A stretch of DNA of 64,000 nucleotides, from IMG/VR virus record IMGVR_UViG_3300027753_000008, one strand, 5' to 3'. The stretch comes from an uncultured virus (IMG/VR IMGVR_UViG_3300027753_000008). Lineage: Duplodnaviria > Heunggongvirae > Uroviricota > Caudoviricetes. The position numbers and the translations under genes are program-made. Shown here in pieces: positions 18,131-28,030 of this stretch (within the stretch, counting starts at the first letter, position 1; each line of letters starts with the position of its first letter). Below the pieces are notes generated by a model. It worked only from the letters and a program-made list of their open reading frames with translations, was not told the DNA's origin and did not search any database.

Positions 18131-18729
18131 TGGGTATTATAAAAAGAGCTGGTGACTTAGTTTACACCTTCAGGTTTCTTAGATTGCTGACAACTGCCTT
18201 CGAAGATACAGAAGCTTATAAGCTTGGTATTATAGATAAGGATGGTAAAAGAATTAAAAGCTATGATCTCGATAATATGGAAAAACGAGATGACTATAGA
18301 AACTACTTTACGCCGTTCCATCGATTAGTTTTTAATATTAAAAAGTTAATGGCCAAAGTACCAGGCGGAAAAACCAAGTTTGCATCATATGCAGCTGCTC
18401 TTTTTTTATTGAAAGAAAAGTATAGTATAACTGATAAACAAATTAAAGAGGGAATGCTTCATTTTGGTATCGACACTCTAGATTTTTTAGACGAGCAAAG
18501 TGACTGGTTTGTTCTGGAGGATACAAGTCTATCTCCTGGAATTTACAAAGTTTTAAACTCTAAAGTTTTAAATGATACTATGTCTGAAATGGTTATGCCA
18601 CGAGATAAAATACGAGTTAACGATAAATGCTATCCTATAGGTGAAATGTTTGGAATAAATATATACGAAGCTACTCATATAAGAACTAATTCTAAAATAT
18701 ATGTTTCAGTTGGTGAATTAGCCAGATGA
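18130..18729 (+). CDS. Conserved T4-like phage hypothetical protein
   Basis: AYKLGIIDKDG..TPFHRLVFNIKK..ASYAAALFLLKE. Confidence 0.75.
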   Translation: MGIIKRAGDLVYTFRFLRLLTTAFEDTEAYKLGIIDKDGKRIKSYDLDNMEKRDDYRNYFTPFHRLVFNIKKLMAKVPGGKTKFASYAAALFLLKEKYSITDKQIKEGMLHFGIDTLDFLDEQSDWFVLEDTSLSPGIYKVLNSKVLNDTMSEMVMPRDKIRVNDKCYPIGEMFGINIYEATHIRTNSKIYVSVGELAR

Positions 18730-19193
18730 CACCTAAATGGAAAAAAGCTGGGCCCAACGGTGAACAAGAAATAAAATTTCCTACCGGTCGTAAATTCCTT
18801 GTTGAAAAACAGTTGGACGCAAATTTGCGACATAGGGGAGAGTGGAAAGTAATGGAGTGGGATGCTCGTACTAATGATTGGGAATGGGGCGACACGTATA
18901 GTCCTAAAGGATATGCCAAAGAAATGGTAATGAAAATGGGTCAATACGATAAAAGAGGTAAAAAGGTGGCAGACTATTCAAAAACATTTAAGTTCGAATC
19001 TGTAGATGAAGAAGTCACTACTACAGCTGATGCTGGCATACCTCACGATACAAAGGATATGGGCCCAAGTAGATTACCTACGAATATATTGCGTAGGGAT
19101 ATTGGGCGGCCTATTAACGTTACTGATAGGCGGCGGAGAAAGGATAAGACTCCTAGAATATTAAAAAAGTTTAGGAAATATATAGATGGCTAA
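18726..19193 (+). CDS. Hypothetical protein
   Basis: ATGA coupled ORF. Confidence 0.65.
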   Translation: MTPKWKKAGPNGEQEIKFPTGRKFLVEKQLDANLRHRGEWKVMEWDARTNDWEWGDTYSPKGYAKEMVMKMGQYDKRGKKVADYSKTFKFESVDEEVTTTADAGIPHDTKDMGPSRLPTNILRRDIGRPINVTDRRRRKDKTPRILKKFRKYIDG

Positions 19194-19605
19194 ATTATAT
19201 TTAATTATTATTGTAGTAAGCTTATTAAGCGGCGTCGGTTATGGCGGATATAACTATTATATCTGGTCAGAAGCTACAATAGGGACTTTAAGAGAGAATA
19301 ATGTAAAACTTAAAACTGCAACAGAAACGCTACAAGATACTATTGTACAGATTGAAGCTAATGCAGAAAAAAATGAAGAACTAAATAAAAATTTAACAAA
19401 ACAACTGCAACAATCTCAGCAACACTTAGATAAACTCAGAGGTGTATTTGCTAAGATAGATTTGACTATGGAGGCGTTAACAAATGCACAAGGACTTGAA
19501 GACAGAGTTGACCGGGCGGTCGGCAGATTACTCGAAAAAATTGAATCTGAAACTACTCCTGCCAGCGATGAGCCTGATGCTCCTGACGGGGTGTCTGGGA
19601 GGTAG
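19186..19605 (+). CDS. Inner-membrane spanin (Rz-like)
   Basis: N-terminal TM plus coiled coil; 3' end overlapped by a lipoprotein gene. Confidence 0.7.
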   Translation: MAKLYLIIIVVSLLSGVGYGGYNYYIWSEATIGTLRENNVKLKTATETLQDTIVQIEANAEKNEELNKNLTKQLQQSQQHLDKLRGVFAKIDLTMEALTNAQGLEDRVDRAVGRLLEKIESETTPASDEPDAPDGVSGR

Positions 19606-19930
19606 AGCACCCGAGACTGAAGTAGTACTTCAAACAGAATATTCTAAACAAAACGTTCCTATTCAAGAACGTCCTAAAGCTGTACAGTTTCCTCCTGTCG
19701 ATTGGTATGTGGTAACTGAAGAAAATTTAGACGAAAAACTAGCAGAGCTTGAGGCCAAGACTGGCAATGTAGTGTTCTTTGCAATTACTCCGAAGGGGTA
19801 TGAAAACTTGGCGTTAGGTATTGCTGAAATGCGTAGATATATAAAAGATACTCAAGCTATTATTGGATATTATGAAGAAGCGCTGACTGAAGAAGCTCCA
19901 GAAGCACCTGTAAATCAAAATACAGAATAG
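19541..19930 (+). CDS. Outer-membrane spanin lipoprotein (Rz1-like)
   Basis: Lipobox LLTGC, Pro-rich linker; start (TTG 19541) uncertain. Confidence 0.7.
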   Translation: MNLKLLLPAMSLMLLTGCLGGRAPETEVVLQTEYSKQNVPIQERPKAVQFPPVDWYVVTEENLDEKLAELEAKTGNVVFFAITPKGYENLALGIAEMRRYIKDTQAIIGYYEEALTEEAPEAPVNQNTE

Positions 19931-20043
19931 ATCTATCCACTCCAAAAAACTCTTAATTTATTATACACGGATTTCCAGGTTTGTAAACCCATAAAACGCA
20001 TAAAAAAATAATATTTTTATTTTAAATATTACTCTTTTTGCCG

Positions 20044-20072
20044 TTTCCAATTCCGTGAAAATGATATATAAT
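20044..20072 (+). promoter_or_regulatory. Probable promoter for nrdJ
   Basis: TTTCCA-N17-TATAAT in AT-rich intergenic region. Confidence 0.5.
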
Positions 20073-20157
20073 CCTACCAATAAAATAAATTATTACACAC
20101 CCGTGCAAAGATACGCTTTGCGCGTACAATGTTTCTTTCCAAAACCGAGGTTATCAT

Positions 20158-22386
20158 ATGCTAAAAGTAGTTACTAATTCCCAAGATATTAATACCAGAC
20201 ATCTAATGTCACAAACAAAATTTTACGAAGGCTATAGTAGATGGAGTGATGATGAATCCAGATACGAAACTTGGGAAGAATCAGTATCGCGTGTTATGGA
20301 CATGCATAGAGACACTTACAGCGATAAGATGTCAGAGGATTTAGAACTACTAATTAATGAAGCAGAAGCGTCTTATAAACTTAAGTACGCGTTAGGAGCT
20401 CAACGTGCTTTACAGTTCGGTGGAGAGCAGCTTAAAAAGCACCAGATGAGAATGTACAACTGTACTTCTTCTTATGCAGATAGAGCAGCTTTTTTCGGTG
20501 AGTTGTTTTATATCTTGTTATGCGGCGCAGGTGCTGGTTTCTCAGTGCAAACTCACCACATTGATAAGCTGCCAAACGTTGCTGAAAGAAAGAAGCAAGC
20601 AAAAGGTTATGTGGTAGAAGATTCTATTGAAGGTTGGGCAGATTCATTAGCTGTTCTTATGTCTTCGTTCTTTGCAGACAAAAGCACTCATCCTGAGTTT
20701 GCAGGTCGTAAAGTTTATTTTGATCTAAGTCATGTTCGCCCTAAAGGAGCTAAAATTAACGGTGGTTTTAAAGCGCCTGGTCCAGAGCCACTACGGCGTG
20801 CACTCGATAAAATCGAACACATGTTACAAGGTATAGTTCTTACAGGCCGTGACCGCTTAAAACCTATTGAAGTATATGACATTTGTATGCATGCTGCGGA
20901 CGCTGTGTTAGCCGGTGGTGTACGTAGGTCTGCAACTATATGTTTGTTCTCATCTGATGATCAGGAGATGATTAATGCTAAAACAGGGAATTGGTTTATC
21001 GATAACCCTCAAAGGGGCAGAAGCAATAATTCAGCTGTTATCGTCAGATCCGAAATTACTCGTGAAGATTTTAAGAAAATCATGGGATCAATCAAAGAGT
21101 TCGGAGAGCCTGGATTCTACTTTGTCGAAAACAGAGACTTTACGACTAATCCGTGTGTTGAGATTGGTATGTATCCGCAAATTGATGGAGAGTCAGGTTG
21201 GCAGGGATGTAACCTCACAGAAATCAATGGAGGAAAATGCACATCGAAAGAGGAGTTCTTTAAAGCCTGCCGAGCAGGAGCAATTATGGGAACACTCCAA
21301 GCAGGATATACAAACTTTAAATATCTCGGAGAAACCAGCCAGCGTATCTTTGAAAGAGAAGCTTTACTTGGCGTCTCAGTCACAGGATGGATGAATAACC
21401 CTGAAGTTTTGCTTGATAGTGATATTCAGAAACAAGGCGCAGAGATAGTAAAAGCAGTTAATAAAGAAGTTGCTGATTTAATTGGTATTAATCCAGCAGC
21501 TAGAACAACCTGTGTTAAGCCCTCAGGTAATGCTTCAGTGCTGCTGCAGACTGCCTCAGGCATCCACGCTGAGCATGCACCAATGTATCTGCGCCACATT
21601 CAGTTAAATAAGGAATCCGAAGTTGCGCAGCTTATTGCTAAAACAAATCCATACATGGTTGAAGAGTCTGTATGGTCAGCTAGTAACACTGATTATTGTG
21701 TAGGTTTTCCTGTAATATCACCAGAAGGGTCTCTTTATAAAGAAGACTTGTACGGAACAGAGCTTCTCGAAAAAGTAAAAATGGTTCAGCAGAACTGGGT
21801 AGAAGCTGGAACAAATGAAGATCTATGTGCCGACTCTCGTATTAGGCATAACGTATCAAATACTGTAACCGTACTTCCGCACATGTGGCCGCAAGTAGAA
21901 GATTATGTTTTTGATAATAGAGACGCATTTGCTGGTATTAGCTTCTTGGCAGGGTCTGGCGATAAAGATTTTGCTCAAGCTCCTATGACAGAAGTATTAT
22001 CGCAGGATCAGATCGTAGAAAAATACGGTAAGGCTGCGCTGTTTGCTTCTGGATTAATTGTAGATACTCGTAAGTGTGGATTTAGAGATTTGTGGGAAGC
22101 TACCTCAACTGCTCAAATGCCAGAAGAGTACCTCGGTGAAGTATCAGATATTAGAGCGGAATGGATTCGGCGCTTTAATAAATTCGCTGATAACTATTTT
22201 ATGGGAGATCCTAAAGAAACTGAGTACTGCTTGAAAGATGTATTCCTTCTACACAAATGGACAAAAATTCAGCAGAACTTTGAAGGTGTTGATTTTGTAG
22301 CTCAGCTCAATGAGAAGAGATTTACGGATATCGACACAATGGGTGCTATTGCCTGTCAAGGTGGCGCATGTGAAATTTCTTTCTAG
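20158..22386 (+). CDS. nrdJ: Class II (adenosylcobalamin-dependent) ribonucleotide reductase, monomeric RTPR type
   Basis: NC, GGVRRSA, TNPCVEI, CNLTEIN, TCVKPSG, C-terminal CQGGACE; no nrdB adjacent. Confidence 0.88.
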   Translation: MLKVVTNSQDINTRHLMSQTKFYEGYSRWSDDESRYETWEESVSRVMDMHRDTYSDKMSEDLELLINEAEASYKLKYALGAQRALQFGGEQLKKHQMRMYNCTSSYADRAAFFGELFYILLCGAGAGFSVQTHHIDKLPNVAERKKQAKGYVVEDSIEGWADSLAVLMSSFFADKSTHPEFAGRKVYFDLSHVRPKGAKINGGFKAPGPEPLRRALDKIEHMLQGIVLTGRDRLKPIEVYDICMHAADAVLAGGVRRSATICLFSSDDQEMINAKTGNWFIDNPQRGRSNNSAVIVRSEITREDFKKIMGSIKEFGEPGFYFVENRDFTTNPCVEIGMYPQIDGESGWQGCNLTEINGGKCTSKEEFFKACRAGAIMGTLQAGYTNFKYLGETSQRIFEREALLGVSVTGWMNNPEVLLDSDIQKQGAEIVKAVNKEVADLIGINPAARTTCVKPSGNASVLLQTASGIHAEHAPMYLRHIQLNKESEVAQLIAKTNPYMVEESVWSASNTDYCVGFPVISPEGSLYKEDLYGTELLEKVKMVQQNWVEAGTNEDLCADSRIRHNVSNTVTVLPHMWPQVEDYVFDNRDAFAGISFLAGSGDKDFAQAPMTEVLSQDQIVEKYGKAALFASGLIVDTRKCGFRDLWEATSTAQMPEEYLGEVSDIRAEWIRRFNKFADNYFMGDPKETEYCLKDVFLLHKWTKIQQNFEGVDFVAQLNEKRFTDIDTMGAIACQGGACEISF

Positions 22387-22416
22387 TATAGATACTATCG
22401 ACTATAAGGAGAAAAA

Positions 22417-22554
22417 ATGGAAGAAGAGTATTGGACAGAATGTATAGCCTGCGACACTGAGTCCCAGGTCTTAGTAATCGATAGCGAGGAAACACCTCAG
22501 TATTGTCCTCTTTGCGGTTCTCCAATGGATTTTGAAACAGTTGAAGATGATTAA
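22417..22554 (+). CDS. Small zinc-ribbon protein (45 aa; not in ORF track)
   Basis: AAGGAG RBS; MEEEYWTECIACD...YCPLCGSP. Confidence 0.75.
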   Translation: MEEEYWTECIACDTESQVLVIDSEETPQYCPLCGSPMDFETVEDD

Positions 22555-22568
22555 GCGGAGACAACGCA

Positions 22569-23000
22569 ATCTGGTACTATAAAGAAAATGAATTTAACGA
22601 AACCCCTGAGGAATATCAGGGGTTCGTTTACCAAATAACAGAAAAAGATACCGGTATGAAATATATTGGAAAAAAGTTTTTCTGGAAACCTAAAACTTTA
22701 CCTAAAAACTCAAAGAGAAAACGCCGTGTTAGAACAAGAGTAGAATCTGACTGGCGTAAGTATTATGGATCGAGCAAAGAAGTAAAGCTTTTAGTAGAAG
22801 AAAAAGGACCTGATAATTACCACAGAGAAATATTAAAACTGTGTAAAACCAAGGGCCAGTGTAATTACTATGAGATGAGATACCAATTTAGATATGACGT
22901 TCTTCTTAAGCCAGAAGAATATTATAACGCTTTTATTGGAGGAAAAATTCATAGAAAGCATATTTTAAGTGTACATTGTGCAGAAGACGTGTTAGAATAG
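22569..23000 (+). CDS. GIY-YIG endonuclease (T4 endonuclease II-like), probable ATC start
   Basis: In-frame WYY..YQGFVYQIT upstream of MKYIGKK; ESDWRKYYGSS, YYN..IGG. Confidence 0.8.
   Translation: MWYYKENEFNETPEEYQGFVYQITEKDTGMKYIGKKFFWKPKTLPKNSKRKRRVRTRVESDWRKYYGSSKEVKLLVEEKGPDNYHREILKLCKTKGQCNYYEMRYQFRYDVLLKPEEYYNAFIGGKIHRKHILSVHCAEDVLE
22970..22998 (+). promoter_or_regulatory. Early promoter
   Basis: TGTACA-N17-TAGAAT. Confidence 0.75.
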
Positions 23001-23022
23001 TTTTATGTAACCGGAGATTATT

Positions 23023-23865
23023 ATGATTATTATTGATTATTCTGCAATTGCTATCAGCAACATTGTAACACAGAAATTAGACATTCAGGAGGATATGATT
23101 CGTCATATGATCCTTAATTCAATCCGCATGTATCGTGCAAAGTTTAAAGATAAATTTGGTGAAGTTATTATGACTGGTGATGCTGGTAATAACTGGAGAT
23201 ACAATGAGTTTCCTCAGTATAAAGCTGCACGTAAGAAAAATCGTAAAGAATCTAAAATGGATTGGCAAGAAGCCTTTCGGATTATCAATCTGGTTTGGGA
23301 AGAACTTGGTGAGCATTTCCCATATAAAACTATTAAGATTGATGGCTGTGAAGCTGATGATGTGATTGGAGTTCTTGTAGAACAGACACAAGAATTTGGC
23401 CAACACGAAGAGGTAATGATTATTTCTGCTGATAAAGATTTCGCTCAGCTTCAGAAATATGGAAACGTTTCTCAGTTTTCTCCAATGACAAAAAAGTTTA
23501 TTAAAGAAGACCATCCAAGAAAGCAGTTGCTTGAGCTTATACTAAAGGGCGATACGTCTGACGGCGTTCCAAATGTATTAAGCGATGACAACGTGTTCGT
23601 AAACGGTGTACGCCAGACCCCATTACGAAAACCTATTATTGAGGCACTTATGCAGGATCCAAATTCTCAAGGTGAAAATGTATTACGTAATATACAGCGT
23701 AATAGAATTCTTATTGATCTTGAATCTACACCTCAAGTACTAAAAGAAAAAATTATATATAGTTATGACAACCAAAATAAAGCAAACAATAGAGGAAAGG
23801 TATTCCCCTATCTTGTTGACAAACGATGTCGTAGATTATTAGAAGACGTAAAGGACTTCATTTGA
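23023..23865 (+). CDS. rnh: RNase H / 5'-3' exonuclease (T4 rnh)
   Basis: YKAAR, EADDVIG, ISADKDFAQL, KGDTSDGVPN. Confidence 0.92.
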   Translation: MIIIDYSAIAISNIVTQKLDIQEDMIRHMILNSIRMYRAKFKDKFGEVIMTGDAGNNWRYNEFPQYKAARKKNRKESKMDWQEAFRIINLVWEELGEHFPYKTIKIDGCEADDVIGVLVEQTQEFGQHEEVMIISADKDFAQLQKYGNVSQFSPMTKKFIKEDHPRKQLLELILKGDTSDGVPNVLSDDNVFVNGVRQTPLRKPIIEALMQDPNSQGENVLRNIQRNRILIDLESTPQVLKEKIIYSYDNQNKANNRGKVFPYLVDKRCRRLLEDVKDFI

Positions 23866-23866
23866 T

Positions 23867-24304
23867 ATGGTAAATAAACCACGCGTACCTTATTGCTTTG
23901 AAATTTTAGAAAAAGTTTCGAAAGCAAAATCTAAAATAGATAAAATTGCTATATTGCAAGAACAGCGAAACAACTGGCCTCTTCAAGATATTTTAAGAGG
24001 AACTTTTGATGATACTGTCCAATGGCTTCTGCCTTCTGGATCTGTACCATACGAACCAGCTGAAACTCTATCGCACGCATCTGATTGGACCTCAAATAAT
24101 AAGAAGCTGGCTTACTTTGTAAAAGGTGGCCCAGGCGAAAAAGTCATGCGGGCAAAAAGAGAAAAAATGTTTTTAGATATTCTCGAGACTATCCACCCTC
24201 GAGATGCAGAATTATTAGTCGGTATGATTAATAAGAAGATACCCTTAAAGGGTATAACTAAGAAATTAATACAGGAGGCATATCCGAAGTTAATTCTTAA
24301 ATAA
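23867..24304 (+). CDS. Conserved T4-like hypothetical protein
   Basis: W.LP.G.VPY..KREKMF..ILE.IHP.DAELL; usual neighbour of rnh. Confidence 0.75.
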   Translation: MVNKPRVPYCFEILEKVSKAKSKIDKIAILQEQRNNWPLQDILRGTFDDTVQWLLPSGSVPYEPAETLSHASDWTSNNKKLAYFVKGGPGEKVMRAKREKMFLDILETIHPRDAELLVGMINKKIPLKGITKKLIQEAYPKLILK

Positions 24305-24327
24305 CTAAACAGGAGAATTTAGAATTT

Positions 24328-24480
24328 ATGAGTAAAATCCAACTTGATAGACTACAAAACGATTTACTAGAATTAAATAACTATATAGAAAGGGTTAAAA
24401 TGAAGAACAATGAGGACCTATTATCTAAGTTAAAACGAAAACGTGAATTCTTAAAATCAAGATTGGAACCAGTTTCATAA
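24328..24480 (+). CDS. Small hypothetical protein (50 aa)
   Basis: AGGAG RBS; MSKIQLDRLQNDLLEL... Confidence 0.55.
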   Translation: MSKIQLDRLQNDLLELNNYIERVKMKNNEDLLSKLKRKREFLKSRLEPVS

Positions 24481-24489
24481 AAGAAAGGA

Positions 24490-24507
24490 TGGGGGCGAAA
24501 GCCCCCA
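24490..24507. terminator. GC hairpin with GAAA tetraloop
   Basis: TGGGGGC-GAAA-GCCCCCA; no T-run on +. Confidence 0.55.
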
Positions 24508-24516
24508 ATATCTAAG

Positions 24517-24744
24517 ATGCCATCATATACAATGATCAATAAAGAAACGGGTGAGGAACATGATATGGTTCTATCGCTCGCAGAACGAGAAGAGTTTCTA
24601 GCTGATGATAAGTGGGAGCAAAAGTTATCTACAGCAAAATTTGTAGCAGATACTACTAGCACTCTACGCAGAGCTGGAAGCGAATGGAACAACATGCTGG
24701 GTCGTATTAAATCAAACAATCCGAACAGCACAATTAATAATTAG
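24517..24744 (+). CDS. FmdB-like small protein
   Basis: MPSYT..NKETGE..E.E.FL..W..ML.RIK..P pattern. Confidence 0.65.
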   Translation: MPSYTMINKETGEEHDMVLSLAEREEFLADDKWEQKLSTAKFVADTTSTLRRAGSEWNNMLGRIKSNNPNSTINN

Positions 24745-24747
24745 GTT

Positions 24748-25443
24748 ATGCATCGTAAAAAAACAACAAATAATTCTATGACGGTCAGACTGGATGATCT
24801 TCTTCAGTTTGACCCTCTCACGCTAAATCAAGAAAAAACTTACAAATCATGGGACGACGGAGATAATTTAGTTCTTACTGGTTCTGCAGGAACTGGTAAA
24901 ACTTTCATGGCTCTTTATCTGGCATTAGAAGATGTCCTAGATAAAGAAACAGAGCATGACAAACTTGTAGTAATACGTTCTATGGTTCCTACCAGAGATA
25001 TGGGGTTTTTGCCTGGAACTAAACAAGAAAAAGAAGATGCTTTTACGTTGCCCTATAAAAATATATGTCACGAGTTATTTGGTGACAAATCTTCGTATAA
25101 TAAAATGATTAGCGCTAATCAAATGCAGTTTGATTCTACATCGTTTATAAGAGGAACTACATACGACAATACTGTTATTGTGGTTGATGAAATGCAAAAC
25201 TTAAATTTTCATGAACTAGACTCTGTGATTACTCGAGTAGGTAGACACAGCAAGATTATTTTCTGCGGAGACTATAAACAGAGCGATTTTAAATATGATG
25301 ATGAAAAAGCAGGAATTGTCAAGTTCTTACAAATTGTAGAACAACTCAAGAATTTCACTATAGTTAATTTTGGGTGGGAAGATATCGTAAGATCTGATTT
25401 TGTAAGAGACTACATAATGACAAAAGAAATGCTAGGTTATTGA
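24748..25443 (+). CDS. phoH: PhoH family ATPase
   Basis: GSAGTGKT, GFLPG, FIRGTT, VVDEMQN, GDYKQSD, DIVRS. Confidence 0.93.
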   Translation: MHRKKTTNNSMTVRLDDLLQFDPLTLNQEKTYKSWDDGDNLVLTGSAGTGKTFMALYLALEDVLDKETEHDKLVVIRSMVPTRDMGFLPGTKQEKEDAFTLPYKNICHELFGDKSSYNKMISANQMQFDSTSFIRGTTYDNTVIVVDEMQNLNFHELDSVITRVGRHSKIIFCGDYKQSDFKYDDEKAGIVKFLQIVEQLKNFTIVNFGWEDIVRSDFVRDYIMTKEMLGY

Positions 25444-25463
25444 TTTTAAACAAAACTTAAACG

Positions 25464-25492
25464 TGTACATTCCATTAGTTATAGTGTAGAAT
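25464..25492 (+). promoter_or_regulatory. Early promoter
   Basis: TGTACA-N17-TAGAAT. Confidence 0.78.
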
Positions 25493-25516
25493 AGCATTGT
25501 AATTAAGGAGAAATAT

Positions 25517-26101
25517 ATGATTGATAATTTGAATAAAGTAATCCTCACAGATTGTGATGGAGTCCTAATGAATTGGGAATATGCATTTAATACGTGGATG
25601 CAAGCTCATGGTTATGAAATGACTGCAAGCGGTCCAGGCCATTATGATATGGGTGATCGTTACGGACTAACTAACACTGAAAAGAAAGGACTAGTTAAGT
25701 TTTTTAATGAATCAGCTGCTATCGGTTTTCTTCCTCCGCTGCGTGATGCTATGTACTATGTCGACTTATTGCATCGTAAGCATGGATATGTCTTTCATAT
25801 GATTACTTCTCTATCGCTTGATCATAATGCTCAGGCTCTTCGTATTCAAAATACCAAGAAGTTATTTGGAGAAACAGTATTCGAGAAGTTTATATTCTGT
25901 GATACCGGTGCTGATAAAGACGAGGTTCTAGAACCTTACAGGGACTCTGGCCTTTTGTGGATAGAAGATAAATTAGAGAACGCTGAGCTAGGTGATAGCC
26001 TTGGTTTAGAAAGCATTTTGGTCGAGCATGGCCATAACATGAATAACGAGAAGTTTCCGTTAATGAAAAACTGGAAAGATATATACCATTATATAACTTA
26101 A
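25517..26101 (+). CDS. HAD-family phosphatase (T4 30.2-like 5'-nucleotidase)
   Basis: ILTDCDGVL, IEDK, HGHN. Confidence 0.8.
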   Translation: MIDNLNKVILTDCDGVLMNWEYAFNTWMQAHGYEMTASGPGHYDMGDRYGLTNTEKKGLVKFFNESAAIGFLPPLRDAMYYVDLLHRKHGYVFHMITSLSLDHNAQALRIQNTKKLFGETVFEKFIFCDTGADKDEVLEPYRDSGLLWIEDKLENAELGDSLGLESILVEHGHNMNNEKFPLMKNWKDIYHYIT

Positions 26102-26112
26102 GGAAAGGCAAG

Positions 26113-26298
26113 ATGGCAAAATATTCTAGATATGATCCTCGCAATAAAAAAAATGGTAGACACAAATCAATGTCTCTACAGAAAGATCCTCGAATAAAAG
26201 AATTTAGCGAAGGACCAAGCCGACACATGATTAATGAAGTAATGTTCGATAATGAAAGCGATAATGACGAGTATGAAAACCAAGATCTCAAAGGCTGA
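26113..26298 (+). CDS. Hypothetical protein
   Basis: MAKYSRYDPRNKK; RBS. Confidence 0.65.
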   Translation: MAKYSRYDPRNKKNGRHKSMSLQKDPRIKEFSEGPSRHMINEVMFDNESDNDEYENQDLKG

Positions 26299-26545
26299 TA
26301 TTTTTACTATTTTAAATCTTAGAACCCAGTGGGAAGCTATTGTTTATCAAAAAAACTATAGTATGCCAAGTTGCGATAGCGATGTACGTAGTTTAGAGAA
26401 TTTCGTGAAAGACGGCCATAAAAGTAATAGATTCAAAGAAGGCTTTAGTGAGGCTATGAGTCTAGCCAAAAAAATTTTAGAGAGTTATGAAAATGAAAAA
26501 ACTAATTTATCAAGTCTACATCGGAAAGCGCTCGAAACTCTATGA
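26252..26545 (+). CDS. Hypothetical protein
   Basis: Overlapping operonic ORF; start uncertain. Confidence 0.55.
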   Translation: MKAIMTSMKTKISKADIFTILNLRTQWEAIVYQKNYSMPSCDSDVRSLENFVKDGHKSNRFKEGFSEAMSLAKKILESYENEKTNLSSLHRKALETL

Positions 26546-27272
26546 TCATTGTGTTCAGTCAGTAGCAGAATACTGTAAGGCGCATGGTATTGCACATGAA
26601 GTGCAAAGAAACCCCATACTTATGATTAAGCCTGACGTGTTTTCTACGAATCGTAGTCGTGAGTCATATGAAAAATATGGTGGGTACCTACCGATTTATG
26701 AAAAAGAAAATGCATTTTCATATCTTAAGACTTATGACCAGGTGGCAATAGTAGATGCTGACGTGTGGATTCGTCCTGGTGCACCAAATATCTTTGATGA
26801 CTTAGAACCACAGTACGATTTTGGTGGCGTGGTTGAACGTGAGATGCCTATTACAAAACAGTACCAAGGTAAAATCACAAACTACTCACGCATGCAGTAT
26901 CAAACAATTAAGAAAGTAGATTGGAAGTGGAACAATCTTGGTGCCGAGTTCATGAACATGGGCATTATGGTTATGAATCAAAAAATCCAAGAATACCTAA
27001 GGGGTCAAACGCCGGCTCAGTTTCTTCGTCGTTCTGAGTTTAAACCTTTCGTTGATGGTATGGGCGCTTGGAAATGGTCTACTGACCAGACACTTTTAAA
27101 TACGTGGATCCGTGAAGAAAACATGAAGATTAAAAATATGGATTGGAAGTGGAACGGTTTGTTTACTGCAAATACACGTATTAAAGAATGTCACTTTGTT
27201 CACTTCTTTCTTAAGGATAAACTCCCAAATAGGGGTGAAGATGTGAATGAACTTATGAAAGCAATAGAATGA
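26487..27272 (+). CDS. GT-A glycosyltransferase (GT8/GT34-like)
   Basis: VDAD, MNMGIM, DQTLLN, WNG, FVHF. Confidence 0.75.
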   Translation: MKMKKLIYQVYIGKRSKLYDHCVQSVAEYCKAHGIAHEVQRNPILMIKPDVFSTNRSRESYEKYGGYLPIYEKENAFSYLKTYDQVAIVDADVWIRPGAPNIFDDLEPQYDFGGVVEREMPITKQYQGKITNYSRMQYQTIKKVDWKWNNLGAEFMNMGIMVMNQKIQEYLRGQTPAQFLRRSEFKPFVDGMGAWKWSTDQTLLNTWIREENMKIKNMDWKWNGLFTANTRIKECHFVHFFLKDKLPNRGEDVNELMKAIE

Positions 27273-28024
27273 ATGTCATTTTCCAATATTGGTTAGATAA
27301 AAATGACATGCATGTTGGTAAAAACCATGATTTTTATAATTATGTTGATAAAGTTGTTGATATAAGTAAAAACTATTTTAAAGAGTATGCTGATGTACAT
27401 AATGCAGAATATTTTTTTTCTAATGAAAGAACAGTAAAAACCAAATCTAATTACTTTGAAGCTTGTAGAATTTACTTAGACCCATATTTTGATAAATTTG
27501 ACAAATTGTTATTTGTTGATATCGATGTTATACCTAAAAATATGAAAGAAAATATTTTTAATTTAGATGTTAAAGATGTGGCAGGTTGGCCTGAACACAA
27601 TCACCCTGCCAGAAAAGATCCAAACGGATGGAGACTTTCCGTTCCATTAGAAAACCGTTTTAAAAAGTTTGGTGCTCCTATTATAAAACCTAAAACTGTA
27701 GAAAATAGTATTAGAATTATTAATACAGGCGTTATGATATGGTCTAGAGATGCCAGAATAAAAGCTAGAAAATTATTTGATAGTCATGAAGACTATTTTA
27801 ATTATAATAATCCATTTTTAGATAAAACTCTTAAAAATGTAGGACATTCTTCACATTGCTATGACCAACCATTCTTAAATGTAATGTTTAATAAGTATAA
27901 TTTTGATGTTAAAGAACTAGGAATAGAATGGAATAGAACACCAACAAGGGATGAAGATTATCCTTGTAATTTTGCTCATTATACGGGCAATAATAAGAAA
28001 AAAATTATAGAATTATACGGGTAA
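27269..28024 (+). CDS. GT-A glycosyltransferase (GT8-like)
   Basis: VDID, INTGVM, DQPFLN, WN, FAHY. Confidence 0.75.
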   Translation: MNVIFQYWLDKNDMHVGKNHDFYNYVDKVVDISKNYFKEYADVHNAEYFFSNERTVKTKSNYFEACRIYLDPYFDKFDKLLFVDIDVIPKNMKENIFNLDVKDVAGWPEHNHPARKDPNGWRLSVPLENRFKKFGAPIIKPKTVENSIRIINTGVMIWSRDARIKARKLFDSHEDYFNYNNPFLDKTLKNVGHSSHCYDQPFLNVMFNKYNFDVKELGIEWNRTPTRDEDYPCNFAHYTGNNKKKIIELYG

Positions 28025-28030
28025 TTAATT

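Noticed and set aside
19931..20157. Possible cobalamin riboswitch or NrdR box upstream of nrdJ
   Set aside because: Only a small hairpin (GCAAAG/CTTTGC); no B12-box or convincing NrdR consensus
25446..25460. TTAA-N7-TTAA CtrA-box-like sequence beside a promoter
   Set aside because: Single instance in very AT-rich DNA; not repeated at the other promoters I checked
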